NCBI GenBank assembly: GCA_044226035.1
Contig: JBGAHT010000007.1
Location: 2,406 to 66,405 of the forward strand
Direction: 5' to 3'
DNA length: 64,000 bases
DNA from: Thermomonas sp.
GTDB lineage: Bacteria > Pseudomonadota > Gammaproteobacteria > Xanthomonadales > Xanthomonadaceae
Shown: positions 10,525 through 21,875 of the stretch, in pieces
How positions within the stretch are numbered: position 1 is the stretch's first letter
Layout: each line of letters begins with the position of its first letter
The notes under the pieces: generated by a model
Told to the model about the DNA's origin: nothing
Databases searched by the model: none
The model's input: only the letters and a program-made list of their open reading frames with translations
Program-made: the position numbers and the translations under genes

Positions 10525-10941
10525 TCAGCGCGGCAGCGATTCCGCCGGCAGCGTCCGCGGCACGCCGGTGGCGTCCAGGCCCAGGACCCGCGCGAGGTTC
10601 TCCCAACCGGCGGGCGTCCGCACATAGACGTAGGCGAGGTCGATGCCGGCGCCGTTGAGTTCGATTTCCCAGTAGGTATGGCCGCTGCCGTCGTCGTACG
10701 GACGCGCGCTGCCGGCGCCGTCCCACACCCGGGCGATGCCCAGGTCGCGGACTTCGATCGCGGTCGCGCGCGCGTCGCCGCAGGGCGCGCAGAACGCCTG
10801 CACCGTGCGCGGCGCATGGTCGAGGGCGTCGAGCGCGGCCACGGCCTGTTGCAGGTCGAGGTAGGCGAACTGGTCGGCGCTGGCGGCGGCGGGCATGAGC
10901 GCGAGCAGCGTGGCGAACGCGATGGCAAGGCGATTGGGCAT
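10525..10941 (-). CDS. Hypothetical secreted/periplasmic protein (~139 aa)
   Basis: Signal peptide MPNRLAIAFATLLALMPAAASA. Two Cys (CAPCGD). No recognised family. Confidence 0.5.
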   Translation of the reverse strand: MPNRLAIAFATLLALMPAAASADQFAYLDLQQAVAALDALDHAPRTVQAFCAPCGDARATAIEVRDLGIARVWDGAGSARPYDDGSGHTYWEIELNGAGIDLAYVYVRTPAGWENLARVLGLDATGVPRTLPAESLPR

Positions 10942-10959
10942 CGGCGGAGGATAGTGCAT

Positions 10960-11075
10960 TGCATTGAGCCCCTCTCCCGCCCTTCGGGCACCCTCTCCCA
11001 CGCAAGCGGGGAGAGGGAAAAGCAGCGCATCGTGCTCTTGATGTTCCCTCTCCCCTTCGAGGGAGAGGGTAGCGC
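10960..11075. repeat. Cluster of REP-like palindromic elements (ctctccc...gggagag family)
   Basis: gagcccctctcccgcccttcgggcaccctctcccacgcaagcggggagaggg ... ccctctccccttcgagggagaggg. Lies between the hypothetical gene and the glyS stop. Confidence 0.6.
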
Positions 11076-11093
11076 GCAGCGCCGGGATAGGGG

Positions 11094-13268
11094 TCAAGCC
11101 GACAGGTGCTCGATCGCGGCGACGCTGCCGAGGCGATCGGACAGGCGCTTGAGCAGGGCGAGGCGGTTGCGGCGCAGCGCGGGGTCGTCCACGTTCACCA
11201 TCACCTGGTCGAAGAAGGCATCGACCTGCGGCCGCAGGCGCGCGAGATGCGCGAGCGCATCGACGTAGTCGCCGTGCGCCAGCGCGTGGCCGGTTTCGGC
11301 GTAGACCGCTTCCACCGCCTCGGCCAGCGCGAGCTCCGCCGGTTCGCGCAGCAGCGCTTCGTCCTCGATGTGCGGGATCTCGTCGGTGGCCTTCTTCAGG
11401 ATGTTGCCGATGCGCTTGTTGGCCGCGGCCAGCGCGGCGGCTTCGGGCAGTTGCGCGAAGGTGCCGATGGCGTCGATGCGGCGGTCGAAGTCGTACAGCG
11501 ATTTCGGCTTCAGCTCGGCGACGGCAGTGAAGTGCGAGGCGGGAACGCCCTTGTCGGCGTAGTAGCCACGCAGGCGGTCGAGGATGAAGTCGTAGAGGTC
11601 TGCAACAACTGCATGCGGTTGCTCGGGAATGATGGTCAGTGATGCAGATTTCGCGTCGATTCCTTCGGCATCCAGCTTCCGAAGGCGGTCAACTGCCTTT
11701 GCAGCACTCATGCCCTCGGTCGACTGTCGGATCTGCATACAAGCTTCGAACAAAAGATCCGGCAAGCCGATGCTGTATCCGCTCTCGATGATCGTCCGCG
11801 CCAAACCCAGCGCATTGCGTCGCAGCGCGAACGGATCCTTGTTGCCGGTCGGCTTGAGCCCGGCGGCGAACCCGCCCGCAAGCGTGTCCAACCGTTCGGC
11901 GATCGCGAGCACCTTGCCGAGCGGGGAGAGCGCGATGTCGTCGCCGGCGAAACGCGGCTGGTAGGCCTCGTCGATGGCGAGCGCGACCTCGGCCGCCTCG
12001 CCCGCGGCCCTGGCGTAATAGCGGCCGGCGATGCCCTGCAGTTCCGGGAATTCGTTGACCATGCGGCTTTGCAGGTCGTTCTTCGCCAGCAGCGCGGCGC
12101 GGCGCGCCAGTTGCGGATCGACGTCCGCCTGCGGTGCGATCGCCTCGGCCAGCGCGGCCACGCGTTCGGCCTTGTCGGCGACCGTGCCGAGTTTCGCCTG
12201 GTAGGTGACGTTCGCGAGGCCCGCGCCCATCGCGGCGAGGCCCTGCTTCAGGTCCTCGTCGAAGAAGAACTTGGCGTCGGCGAAACGCGGGCGGATCACG
12301 CGTTCGTAGCCCTTGCGGATCTCCGACGGATCCTTCGGCTCGATGTTGGCGATGCCGATGAAGTGTTCGGTCAGCCTGCCGCCGGCGTCGAGCACGGGGA
12401 AGAACTTCTGGTTGGTCTCCATCGTCGCGACCAGCGCTTCCTGCGGCACCGCGAGGAACTCGCGTTCGAACGCGCAGGCCACCGCCGCCGGCCATTCGTT
12501 GAGGCAGTTCACCTGCTCGAGGTTGTCGGCGTCGATGCGGGCGGTGCCGCCGGCGGCCTTCGCCGCGGCGTGGACCTCGCGTTCGATGCGCGCGCGGCGC
12601 TCGTCGGCGTCGACCAGCACGTGGGCGCCGCGCAAGGCGTCGACGTAGTCGCCCGGAGTGCCGATCCACACCGGCTTGTCGTGCAGGAAGCGGTGGCCGC
12701 GGCTCATGCGGTCGGCGCGCACGCCGAACGATTCGGTTTCGACCACGTCCTCGCCGAGCAGCAGCACCAGCCAGTGCACCGGGCGCGCGAAGGCGTAATC
12801 GTGGTCGCCCCAGCGCATCGGCTTGGGAATCGGCATCGCGGCGATGGCTTCGCGCAACACCTCCGGCAGCAGGTCGCGGGTGCGCGCGCCGGATTTGGTC
12901 GCGCGATGCACGAAGCGCTCGCCCTTGGCGTCGGTGAGCTTGTCGAGCCGCGTCCATTCGACGCCGGCCTTGGCGGCGAAGCCTTCCAGCGCCTTGGTCG
13001 GCTTGCCGTCGGCATCGAGCGCGATGTTCAGGTAGGGGCCGAGCACTTCCGAGGCCTGTTCGGGCTGTTCGACCGCCACGCCCGGCAGCAGCACCGCGAG
13101 CCGGCGCGGCGAGTACAAGGGCTTCGCGGCGCCGCGTTCGACCGCGATGCCGCGCTTCTCCAGCGCCGCGAGCACGCCGTCGAACAAGGCCTGCGCCAGG
13201 CCGGGCAGGGCCTTGACCGGGAGTTCCTCGGTGCCGAGTTCGATCAGCAAGGGTTGCATTGCGGTCAT
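11094..13268 (-). CDS. glyS: Glycine--tRNA ligase beta subunit
   Basis: 724 aa. [31 protein letters not shown]... is a typical GlyS N-terminus. Downstream of glyQ. Confidence 0.9.
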   Translation of the reverse strand: MTAMQPLLIELGTEELPVKALPGLAQALFDGVLAALEKRGIAVERGAAKPLYSPRRLAVLLPGVAVEQPEQASEVLGPYLNIALDADGKPTKALEGFAAKAGVEWTRLDKLTDAKGERFVHRATKSGARTRDLLPEVLREAIAAMPIPKPMRWGDHDYAFARPVHWLVLLLGEDVVETESFGVRADRMSRGHRFLHDKPVWIGTPGDYVDALRGAHVLVDADERRARIEREVHAAAKAAGGTARIDADNLEQVNCLNEWPAAVACAFEREFLAVPQEALVATMETNQKFFPVLDAGGRLTEHFIGIANIEPKDPSEIRKGYERVIRPRFADAKFFFDEDLKQGLAAMGAGLANVTYQAKLGTVADKAERVAALAEAIAPQADVDPQLARRAALLAKNDLQSRMVNEFPELQGIAGRYYARAAGEAAEVALAIDEAYQPRFAGDDIALSPLGKVLAIAERLDTLAGGFAAGLKPTGNKDPFALRRNALGLARTIIESGYSIGLPDLLFEACMQIRQSTEGMSAAKAVDRLRKLDAEGIDAKSASLTIIPEQPHAVVADLYDFILDRLRGYYADKGVPASHFTAVAELKPKSLYDFDRRIDAIGTFAQLPEAAALAAANKRIGNILKKATDEIPHIEDEALLREPAELALAEAVEAVYAETGHALAHGDYVDALAHLARLRPQVDAFFDQVMVNVDDPALRRNRLALLKRLSDRLGSVAAIEHLSA

Positions 13269-13368
13269 GCGGAGAGCCTTTGCGTTTTTCCTTCTCCCTT
13301 CGGGAGAAGGTGCCCGGAGGGCGGATGAGGGTACGAGGCGCGGGTGAACTGAATCGTTTGCCGAACCC

Positions 13369-14301
<933 letters not shown>

Positions 14302-14334
14302 GGCGAGGCCGGGAAATGCAGTTTCGCTAGTATA

Positions 14335-14400
14335 AGTGGCGCCACTCTTCTCCCTCCCTTTCGCGGCAGCGAAGGGGAGGGCCGGGGAGGGGTGATTTTC
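14335..14400. repeat. REP-like element (ctccctccctttcgcggcagcgaaggggagggccggggagggg)
   Basis: A near-identical element recurs at ~51105-51160. Confidence 0.55.
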
Positions 14401-14462
14401 CGACAACCAACCTCCCAACCTCCTCCTTGCGCTGCGCGCAAAAGGGGAGAAGCACAAGGCCG

Positions 14463-15182
14463 ATGCGACAGCCGTTCCTGATCCTCGAAACCGGGCGCCC
14501 GATCGCCTCGATGCGCCGGCACGGCGGGTTCCCGCACTGGATCCGCGTCGCCGCCGGGCTCGAACGCGACGACGCGGTGGTGGTGAACGTCGAGGACGGC
14601 GAACCGCTGCCTTCGCGCGAAGGCTTCGCCGGCGCCATCGTCACCGGCTCCGGGGCGATGGTCACCGACCGCGCCGACTGGAGCGAGCGCAGCGCGCAGT
14701 GGTTGCGCGAGGCCGCGCACGCGGGCATGCCGCTGCTGGGCATCTGCTACGGCCACCAGCTGCTCGCGCACGCGCTGGGCGGGGACGTGGGCTACCACCC
14801 GGACGGGCGCGAGATGGGCACGGTCGAGATCGACCTGCATCCGCCGGCCGCGGACGATCCGCTGTTCGCCGGCCTGCCGCAGCGCTTCCCGGCGCAGGCC
14901 ACGCACCTGCAGAGCGTGCTGCGCCCGCCCGCCGGCGCGACCGTGCTCGCGCGTTCGCTGCACGACGCCTGCCATGCCTTCCGCTGGGGCGAACGCGCCT
15001 GGGGCCTGCAGTTCCACCCCGAGTTCAGCGCCACCCACATGCGCGGCTACATTGACGCGCGCGGCGAGGCCTTGCGCGAGGAAGGCCGTTGCCCGAAGCG
15101 GCTATCGCGTACCATTTCCGCGACGCCGCATGCGCGGCGCGTGCTGCGGCGCTTCGTGCGCCATGCGCGGCGGGGAATCTGA
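14463..15182 (+). CDS. Class I glutamine amidotransferase (GMP synthase-like GATase domain protein)
   Basis: [11 protein letters not shown]... and the catalytic GICYGHQLL and FHPE motifs. Confidence 0.7.
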   Translation: MRQPFLILETGRPIASMRRHGGFPHWIRVAAGLERDDAVVVNVEDGEPLPSREGFAGAIVTGSGAMVTDRADWSERSAQWLREAAHAGMPLLGICYGHQLLAHALGGDVGYHPDGREMGTVEIDLHPPAADDPLFAGLPQRFPAQATHLQSVLRPPAGATVLARSLHDACHAFRWGERAWGLQFHPEFSATHMRGYIDARGEALREEGRCPKRLSRTISATPHARRVLRRFVRHARRGI

Positions 15183-15209
15183 ATCCGGATCCGACAGGGG
15201 AAGCAGGGA

Positions 15210-16118
15210 ATGACGACGCGAGCGGTGGGACCCGGCAAGGGCTGGAGCTGGCTGGTGCGCGCGGCGAACCTCGGCAGCCAGAACGCGAAGGCGCTGTTCG
15301 GCGCCGCCGCCTGGCTGATGGCGATCGCGCTGGTGCCGACCGCGGTGCAGGTGATCCTGCAGAAGACCATGCCCGAATCGCCCGCGCTGATGGGCGCGGT
15401 GATGGCGTTCACCCTGTTGTACTCCGCGATCGCGATGCCGCCGGCGACGGCCGGCCTGCTGCGCGTGATCCACGCGGTGGAAACCGGCGTGCCGGTCCGC
15501 GCTGCCGCGATCTTCGATGGCTATCGGCAGAACCCCGGGCGGGTGATCGGCCTGTCCCTCGTGCTGCTGGTGCTCGCGATCCTCGTGCTGGGCGGCGCGC
15601 TGGCCCTGTTCGGCGGCCACTTCCTGCAGGGACTGGAGGAATTCGTGGTCGCGGCGCAAACCGCGACCGCGTCCGGGGGGACGCCGCAATTGCCGCCGTT
15701 GCCGGACGGCATCGGCACCCTGGTCGGGCTGCTGGTGATCTTCGGCCTGTTCTTCAACGGCGTGTATGCATTGAGCTTCGGCCAGGCCGCGCTCGGCGGG
15801 CGCGGGATCGGCGAGGCGATCGGCGACGGCATCGCCGGCACGTTCAAGAACGTCCTGCCGTTGCTGGTGATGCTGGTCGTGGTGCTGGTCGCCGGCGTGG
15901 TGGCGATGGTCGCGGTGGGGCTGGTGATGGCCTTGCTGGCCGCGATCGGCAGCCTGGTCCATCCCGCCGTCGCGATGCTGCTGGTCGCGCCCGTCTACCT
16001 CGCGCTACTGGTCGCGATTTACGTCATCGCGTTCGGCGTCATGTACTACATGTGGCGCGACATCTGCGGCGACGCGGCCCCGGTGCCCGCGGGTTCGGCC
16101 GACCAGTTGCAGGCCTGA
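15210..16118 (+). CDS. Multi-pass membrane protein, tandem paralog A (~302 aa)
   Basis: Several predicted TM helices. C-terminus YYMWRDICGDAAPVPAGSADQLQA is identical to paralog B. Confidence 0.6.
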   Translation: MTTRAVGPGKGWSWLVRAANLGSQNAKALFGAAAWLMAIALVPTAVQVILQKTMPESPALMGAVMAFTLLYSAIAMPPATAGLLRVIHAVETGVPVRAAAIFDGYRQNPGRVIGLSLVLLVLAILVLGGALALFGGHFLQGLEEFVVAAQTATASGGTPQLPPLPDGIGTLVGLLVIFGLFFNGVYALSFGQAALGGRGIGEAIGDGIAGTFKNVLPLLVMLVVVLVAGVVAMVAVGLVMALLAAIGSLVHPAVAMLLVAPVYLALLVAIYVIAFGVMYYMWRDICGDAAPVPAGSADQLQA

Positions 16119-16151
16119 GCGAACGAAGGATCGTTACAGGGGAGGTGGAAG

Positions 16152-17054
16152 ATGGGAACGCGCACACTGGGTCCGGGCGCCGGTATCGGCTGGCTGAAGA
16201 ATGCGCTCAACCTCGGTCGCGACAACCCGGGGGCCATCTTCGGCGGGGCGGCACTGATGATTCTGGTGCTCTTCGCGATGCTTTTGCCGCTCATCCTCAT
16301 GATGGTCCCGATGGCAAGGACGAACCCGGATCCGCGCGTGTTGTTCGGAGCAATGTTCGCAATCGGATTGCCGATGATGATGGTTTTTGCGGTGATGGTC
16401 GTCGGGTTCCTGCGCTTGATCGACGCGGTCGAAACAGGACGGCAAGTCACCGCGACCCACATCTTCGCCGCGTTCCGCGATTGGCCCACGGCGCTGCGCG
16501 CAATTGGCTTCATGCTCCTTTTGTTTGTTATACAGAACGCCTTGTTGATGGCCTTGGTCACTGTGTTCGCGCCGGACTTCGGTGCTTGGTATCTGCATAA
16601 CCTGCAAGCGTCATTGTCCGGTCACCAGCAACCGGTCCCCGCCGGGTTCGGACGCGGCTTCGCGATTATGCTTGTGGTGAACCTGCTCGTCTTTGCAATG
16701 AAGGCCGTCGGCCTGGGGCAGGTCGCATTGCGCGGCGCCGGCGTGATCAATGCCCTCAAGGATGCCGTGTCCGGTGCGATCAAGAACGTGTTGCCGATGC
16801 TGGTTTTCGTGCTGGTCGCGATCGGGGCGTGCCTGGGCGTGATCCTTGTGCTGGGCTTGCTGGTGGGCCTTCTGGCGCTGCTCGGCAAAGCGATTGGCAT
16901 TTGGATCTTGATCCTGACGATTATCCCCCTGTATCTGGGTCTCTTGTTGGCCATGATCGTGATCATGTACGGCATCATGTACTACATGTGGCGCGACATC
17001 TGCGGCGACGCGGCCCCGGTGCCCGCGGGTTCGGCCGACCAGTTGCAGGCCTGA
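16152..17054 (+). CDS. Multi-pass membrane protein, tandem paralog B (~300 aa)
   Basis: Same architecture as paralog A. The last 76 bp, including the stop, are identical to 16043-16118. Confidence 0.6.
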   Translation: MGTRTLGPGAGIGWLKNALNLGRDNPGAIFGGAALMILVLFAMLLPLILMMVPMARTNPDPRVLFGAMFAIGLPMMMVFAVMVVGFLRLIDAVETGRQVTATHIFAAFRDWPTALRAIGFMLLLFVIQNALLMALVTVFAPDFGAWYLHNLQASLSGHQQPVPAGFGRGFAIMLVVNLLVFAMKAVGLGQVALRGAGVINALKDAVSGAIKNVLPMLVFVLVAIGACLGVILVLGLLVGLLALLGKAIGIWILILTIIPLYLGLLLAMIVIMYGIMYYMWRDICGDAAPVPAGSADQLQA

Positions 17055-17071
17055 TTCCCGACTCGCTTCGA

Positions 17072-17770
17072 TCAGCCGATCGAAGCGAGCAGCGTGAGGT
17101 AGCGCGCGCAACCCCAGGCCAGCGCGGCGAGCCCGGCCAGCAGCTGCAGCCACAGCCACAGTTTCGCCGCCAGCGGCATGCGCGGCGCGTCGTCGGCGCG
17201 CAGCACGCGGGTGCCGGCGATGAGATCGTGCAGCGCGCGGTGCTGCGGCGGCAGCGCCGCCAGCAGGTGGCCGAGGTTGAGCGTGATCCACGAAGCCACG
17301 CCCGCGAGCTGCCGCGCGAACGCGCGCGCGGTGCCGGGCCGATTCCCGTCGATGTCGGTGGCGATCAGGCCGAAGGCGCGCTTGCCGGGCGAACCCTGCC
17401 AGCGCGAGGCTTCGCCCAGGCCGTGCCAGAGCAGGGCGATGCCGGCGCAGGCCAGCGCGAACGGCAGCGTCGCCCGTTCGAGGCCGTCCTGCACCGCTTG
17501 CGCGGCCGCCCGCAGCGCGGGGTCCTGCATCAGCGCCTGCGCGAGCGAATGCAGGTCGCGCCCGGACAGCAGCGCATCCGACATCGCCTGCGACGCGCGC
17601 CCGAACAACTGCCGCCAGCCGGCGAGCGTGGCGTCGATGCCGGCGTGCACCTGCGCGCGGGTGGCGAACCAGGCGAGCGCGGCGATGGCGACGAAATCCA
17701 GCGACCACGCCGCGTAGCGATGCCAGAACCCGCCGGGCACGCGCGAGGCGGTGGGCGCGCCCGCGTTCAC
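17072..17770 (-). CDS. RDD family membrane protein
   Basis: VPGGFWHRYAAWSLDFVAIAALAWF... is an RDD-domain signature. The candidate GTG start overlaps the tatC stop and is uncertain. Confidence 0.55.
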   Translation of the reverse strand: MNAGAPTASRVPGGFWHRYAAWSLDFVAIAALAWFATRAQVHAGIDATLAGWRQLFGRASQAMSDALLSGRDLHSLAQALMQDPALRAAAQAVQDGLERATLPFALACAGIALLWHGLGEASRWQGSPGKRAFGLIATDIDGNRPGTARAFARQLAGVASWITLNLGHLLAALPPQHRALHDLIAGTRVLRADDAPRMPLAAKLWLWLQLLAGLAALAWGCARYLTLLASIG

Positions 17771-18516
17771 GTGGCTGCGGGCCTGGGCGCGATCATGCGC
17801 GCGGCGAGGATGCCCAGTTCGTACAAGGCGATCATCGGCAGCGCCAGCAGCAGCTGCGACACCACGTCCGGCGGGGTCAGCACCGCGGCGACGACGAAGA
17901 TGCCGACGATCGCGTAGCCGCGCCATTCGCGCAGCTGCGCCGGCGTGACCCAGCCGAGCAGCACCAGGATCACCAGCGCCACCGGCAGCTCGAACGAGAC
18001 GCCGAAGGCGAGGAAGATCACCAGCACGAAATCGAGGTAGGCGCTGATGTCGGTCATCATCGCCACGCCCGCCGGCGTCACCCTGTTGAGGAAGGTGAAC
18101 ACCGCCGGCAGCACGATGAAGTAGGCGAACGCGCAGCCGGCGTAGAACAGCGCCAGCGCGGAGGCGAGCAGCGGCAGCGCGAGGCGCCGCTCGCGCCGGT
18201 ACAGGCCCGGCGCGACGAAGGCCCACAGCTGGTACAGCAGCCACGGCATCGAACCGACCAGGGCGACGCAGAACGCCAGCTTCAGCGGCGCGAAGAACGG
18301 CGAGGCGACCTGGGTCGCGATCAGGCGCCCGCCCGCGGGCAGCTTGTCCAGCAGCGGTTGCGCCAGCCACGCGTACAGCCGGTTGGCGAACGGCAGCAGC
18401 ACGAGCAGCAACAACAGCAAGCCGCCGATCGCGCGCAGCAGGCGCGAACGCAGTTCGATCAGGTGCGCGACCAGGCGCGAACCGGTGTCCTCGGCGTCAG
18501 TCGCGTCGTTCGCCAT
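17767..18516 (-). CDS. tatC: Sec-independent protein translocase TatC
   Basis: MANDATDAEDTGSRLVAHLIELRSRLL... followed by six TM segments. The listed ORF is trimmed to the internal Met. Confidence 0.85.
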   Translation of the reverse strand: MANDATDAEDTGSRLVAHLIELRSRLLRAIGGLLLLLLVLLPFANRLYAWLAQPLLDKLPAGGRLIATQVASPFFAPLKLAFCVALVGSMPWLLYQLWAFVAPGLYRRERRLALPLLASALALFYAGCAFAYFIVLPAVFTFLNRVTPAGVAMMTDISAYLDFVLVIFLAFGVSFELPVALVILVLLGWVTPAQLREWRGYAIVGIFVVAAVLTPPDVVSQLLLALPMIALYELGILAARMIAPRPAAT

Positions 18517-18814
18517 CGCTTTCGCCGGGGGTCGGTGCGGGGGGCGGCGCGGCATCCGCGGCCGGCGTCGATGGCGCATCGCGCAGGGACTGGCCGGCCT
18601 CGCGCAGCGCGTCGCCGGTTTCGCGCAGGCTGCGCTTCAACTCGTCGGCGGCCAGTTCCTGCTCCAGTTCGGATTTCACCGCGTACCAGTGCGCGCGCGC
18701 GCGGCGCACCCACAACCCGGCCAGGCGCGCGGCCTTGGGCAGGCGCTCGGGGCCGAGCACGACCAGCGCCACCAGCGCGATCAGGACCAGTTCGGAAAAG
18801 CCGACGTCGAACAT
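18497..18814 (-). CDS. tatB: Sec-independent protein translocase TatB
   Basis: MFDVGFSELVLIALVALVVLGPERLPKAARLAGLWVRRAR... Confidence 0.85.
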   Translation of the reverse strand: MFDVGFSELVLIALVALVVLGPERLPKAARLAGLWVRRARAHWYAVKSELEQELAADELKRSLRETGDALREAGQSLRDAPSTPAADAAPPPAPTPGESDGERRD

Positions 18815-18835
18815 CGCGCGGGCCGCGCGAGCGCG

Positions 18836-19060
18836 TCAGCGCACGACCGGCGGATTGCGGTCGTCGTCCTGCGGCTTGGGCGCGGCGGCGTCCTTGTCCT
18901 GCGCCGGCGGCGGCGCGGGTTCGTCCTCGCGCATCGCCTTCTTGAACTCCTTGACCGCGGTGCCGAGATCCTTGGCGCCGCCGGTGAGGCGCTTGGTGCC
19001 GAAGATCAGGACCACGACCAGCAGCACGATCAGCCAGTGCCAGATGCTCAAACCGCCCAT
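18836..19060 (-). CDS. tatA: Sec-independent protein translocase TatA
   Basis: [43 protein letters not shown]... Confidence 0.85.
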   Translation of the reverse strand: MGGLSIWHWLIVLLVVVLIFGTKRLTGGAKDLGTAVKEFKKAMREDEPAPPPAQDKDAAAPKPQDDDRNPPVVR

Positions 19061-19109
19061 GACGCGTTCCGCCGGAAAATCCTTCGAGGAAGGCAGTTTA
19101 CCGCAGGCG

Positions 19110-19949
19110 TCAGTGCGCCGGCGGCGGGGTGGTGTCGGGCAGCGGTTCGGCCACGGCCGGGCTGGTCGTGGCCGGCGGCGGTGCGACCGGTGCCACGGGC
19201 GCGGCGGCCGGGACCGCCGTGGCGGCGGCTGGCGCGCCATCGTCGGCGCGGCGCGCGCGCGCGGTGGCGGTGGCTTCCTCCAGCGCGTCGCGGAACCCGA
19301 CCACGGCGCTGGACGGCGGCTGCGGCATGCGCGATTCGAAGATCATCCGCGGCGTGGTGTCGCGGCCGTACGCCGATTCGTCCGCGGCATCGTCGATGCT
19401 GAGCACCGCGCCGTCGAGGGCGACGCCGGCGAACAGGCCGCGCGCGCGCGACCACGACCAGATTTCCGCCTTCATCTCGCCGTCGGTGGCGGCGCTGGCG
19501 TTGCGCCCGACCGGGCCGGCGGCGACGCCGGCATCGGCGCCGAGGGTGAACTTGCCGTTGACGATGGAGTCCAGCCCGCGGTCGCTGCGGAACACCAGCA
19601 CGATGTCCGCCGACTGCACGCCCGCCTGCAGGCCGATGCTGCCGCCGGTGAGGGTGACGAAGGCCGGGTTCGACCAGGTGCCGTCCGCGGCCTTGACCGA
19701 GAGCAGGCCGTGGCCGCGGCGGCCGCCGACCACCAGCCCGAGCTTCATCGCGTCGGGGATGACGATCACCGCGCGGGCCTCGTCGAACAGCTTGTCCGGG
19801 ATCGCCGATTCCGGGATCGCCTGGATGTCGGTCAACACCCGCACCGCGTTCTGCGCGCGCGCGTCCTCCTGCGGGCCGGCCAGGGCCGGGGCCGAGGCGA
19901 GGCTGGCGAGAAGGGCGAGTCCGAGGGCGGCGCGGGTCGGTCGGGGCAT
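19110..19949 (-). CDS. SYLF (Ysc84-like) lipid-binding domain protein, secreted
   Basis: Signal peptide [24 protein letters not shown]. The conserved [14 protein letters not shown]...[19 protein letters not shown]...[13 protein letters not shown] region is typical of the DUF500/SYLF family. Pro/Ala-rich C-terminal tail. Confidence 0.65.
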   Translation of the reverse strand: MPRPTRAALGLALLASLASAPALAGPQEDARAQNAVRVLTDIQAIPESAIPDKLFDEARAVIVIPDAMKLGLVVGGRRGHGLLSVKAADGTWSNPAFVTLTGGSIGLQAGVQSADIVLVFRSDRGLDSIVNGKFTLGADAGVAAGPVGRNASAATDGEMKAEIWSWSRARGLFAGVALDGAVLSIDDAADESAYGRDTTPRMIFESRMPQPPSSAVVGFRDALEEATATARARRADDGAPAAATAVPAAAPVAPVAPPPATTSPAVAEPLPDTTPPPAH

Positions 19950-20067
19950 GCGGTTTCTCCGTGGGGGATGGCGACTCCGGCGCGGGCGTTTCGACCGCGC
20001 GGGACAGCCGGGGTTCACGCTAGTCCGCGGCCGATGAATCCGGTCTGAGCCGCGCGCCTGTCATCCT

Positions 20068-21033
20068 ATGCGGATGAACGATGCTTCCACCCGCCTGCTC
20101 GTGCTCGCCAACCTCGGCACCCCCGCGGCGCCGACCGCGCAAGCCGTGTCCGCCTACCTCGACGAATTCCTCACCGATCCGCGCGTGGTGCAGTTGCCGC
20201 GCTGGTTGTGGCGACCGTTGCTGCGGCGGGTGATCCTGCCGCGGCGCAGCCCGGTGGTGGCGGGGAAATACGCCTCGATCTGGATGCGCGAAGGCTCGCC
20301 GCTCGCCGTCCACACCCGGCGCCTCGCGCAGGCGGTGCAGGACCGGTTGCCGCAATGGAAGGTGGTGCACGCGATGCGCTACGGCGCGCCGTCGCTGGCC
20401 GATGCCTTGCGGAACGGAATCGCCGCCGGCGCGCGCGAGATCCGCGTCCTGCCGCTGTATCCGCAGTATTCGACCACCACCACCGCGTCCGTCGCCGACG
20501 CCATCGCCGGCATCGACGCCGGCGATGCGCGCATCGCCATGCTCGACGACTACCACGCGCATCCGGCCTGGATCCGCGCCGTCGCCGGTTCGATCCGCGC
20601 GCACTGGCAAGCGCAGGGTCGCGGCGAACGCCTGATGCTGTCGTTCCACGGCCTGCCGCAGCGCGTGGTCGACGCCGGCGATCCCTACGCCGCGCAGTGC
20701 GAGGCCAGCGCACGGGCGATCGCGCGCGAGCTGGGCATGGAACGCGGCGACATCGAGCTGTGCTACCAGTCGCGCTTCGGCAAGGGCAAGTGGCTGCAAC
20801 CGTCCACCGATGCGCGCCTGCACGCACTCGCCGCGCAGGGGATCCGGACGATCGACGTCGCCTGCCCCGGGTTCGCGGTCGATTGCCTGGAAACGCTGGA
20901 GGAAATCGCGCAGCAGGAGGCCGAACGCTTCCGCGCCGCGGGCGGTGGAGCCTTGCGCGCGATTGCCTGCCTCAACGACGCGCCGGCGCACGCCGACGCC
21001 ATCGCCGCGATCGCGGAGGACGCATGGAACTGA
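20068..21033 (+). CDS. hemH: Ferrochelatase
   Basis: LLVLANLGTPAAPTAQAVSAYLDEFLTDPRVVQLPRWLW...LPLYPQYSTTTTAS... Confidence 0.9.
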   Translation: MRMNDASTRLLVLANLGTPAAPTAQAVSAYLDEFLTDPRVVQLPRWLWRPLLRRVILPRRSPVVAGKYASIWMREGSPLAVHTRRLAQAVQDRLPQWKVVHAMRYGAPSLADALRNGIAAGAREIRVLPLYPQYSTTTTASVADAIAGIDAGDARIAMLDDYHAHPAWIRAVAGSIRAHWQAQGRGERLMLSFHGLPQRVVDAGDPYAAQCEASARAIARELGMERGDIELCYQSRFGKGKWLQPSTDARLHALAAQGIRTIDVACPGFAVDCLETLEEIAQQEAERFRAAGGGALRAIACLNDAPAHADAIAAIAEDAWN

Positions 21034-21875
21034 GCCGCGAATGCGCGATCGACATCCCGCTCGGGCGCATCGCCGCGTTGCGCGCCGGCGTCGAGGGCGC
21101 GACGCCGGTGCTGGCATTGCACGGCTGGCTGGACAACGCCGCGAGCTTCGTGCCGCTGGCGCGCGAGCTCGACGGCCTCGACCTGGTCGCGGTCGACCTG
21201 CCCGGGCATGGCCGCAGCGCGCACCTGGCCACCGGCGCCGACTATTCGTTCTACGGCACGGTCAACGTGGTGCTGGACATCGCCGATGCGCTGGGCTGGG
21301 AACGCTTCGCCCTGCTCGGGCATTCGATGGGCGCCGGCATCGGCAGCCTGCTCGCGGCGGCGTGCCCGCAACGCGTGAGCCGCTTCCTCGCGATCGAGGC
21401 GCTGGGCGCGCTCGCCGAAGCGCCCGAACGCACCACGCCGCGGATGCGCGAGGCGGTGGCCGCGGCGCGCGCGCTGCCGGGGAAGACGCTGCGGGTGTTC
21501 CCCGCGCTGGAACCGGCGATCCGCGCGCGGATGCAGGCGAACGCGCTGAGCGAACCGGTGGCGCGGCTGCTGGTGGAGCGCGGCACGCGCGCGGTCGAAG
21601 GCGGCTACGTGTGGAGCAGCGATCCGCGCCTGACGCTGCCTTCGTTCACGCGCCTGGCCGAAGCGCAGGTGCTCGACCTCGTCGCCGGGATCGAATGCCC
21701 GGTGCGGCTGATCCACGCCGATCCCGCGCAGCCCTACCTGCCCGATCCGGTGCGGCGCGCGCACGCCGCCGCATTGCGCGACGGCGAGCTGATCGTGATC
21801 CGCGGCGGGCACCACCTGCACATGGAACAGCCGGCCGAGGTGGCCGCCGCCATCGGAGGCTTCCTGCGGGGCTGA
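21024..21875 (+). CDS. Alpha/beta hydrolase fold protein
   Basis: MELSRECAIDIPLGRIAALRAGVEGATPVLALHGWLDNAASF...GHSMGAG (nucleophile elbow). Overlaps the hemH stop by 10 bp. Confidence 0.75.
   Translation: MELSRECAIDIPLGRIAALRAGVEGATPVLALHGWLDNAASFVPLARELDGLDLVAVDLPGHGRSAHLATGADYSFYGTVNVVLDIADALGWERFALLGHSMGAGIGSLLAAACPQRVSRFLAIEALGALAEAPERTTPRMREAVAAARALPGKTLRVFPALEPAIRARMQANALSEPVARLLVERGTRAVEGGYVWSSDPRLTLPSFTRLAEAQVLDLVAGIECPVRLIHADPAQPYLPDPVRRAHAAALRDGELIVIRGGHHLHMEQPAEVAAAIGGFLRG

Noticed and set aside
20208-21875. 555-aa plus-strand ORF
   Set aside because: The N-terminal part is an alternative frame of hemH. Only 21024-21875 encodes the alpha/beta hydrolase.
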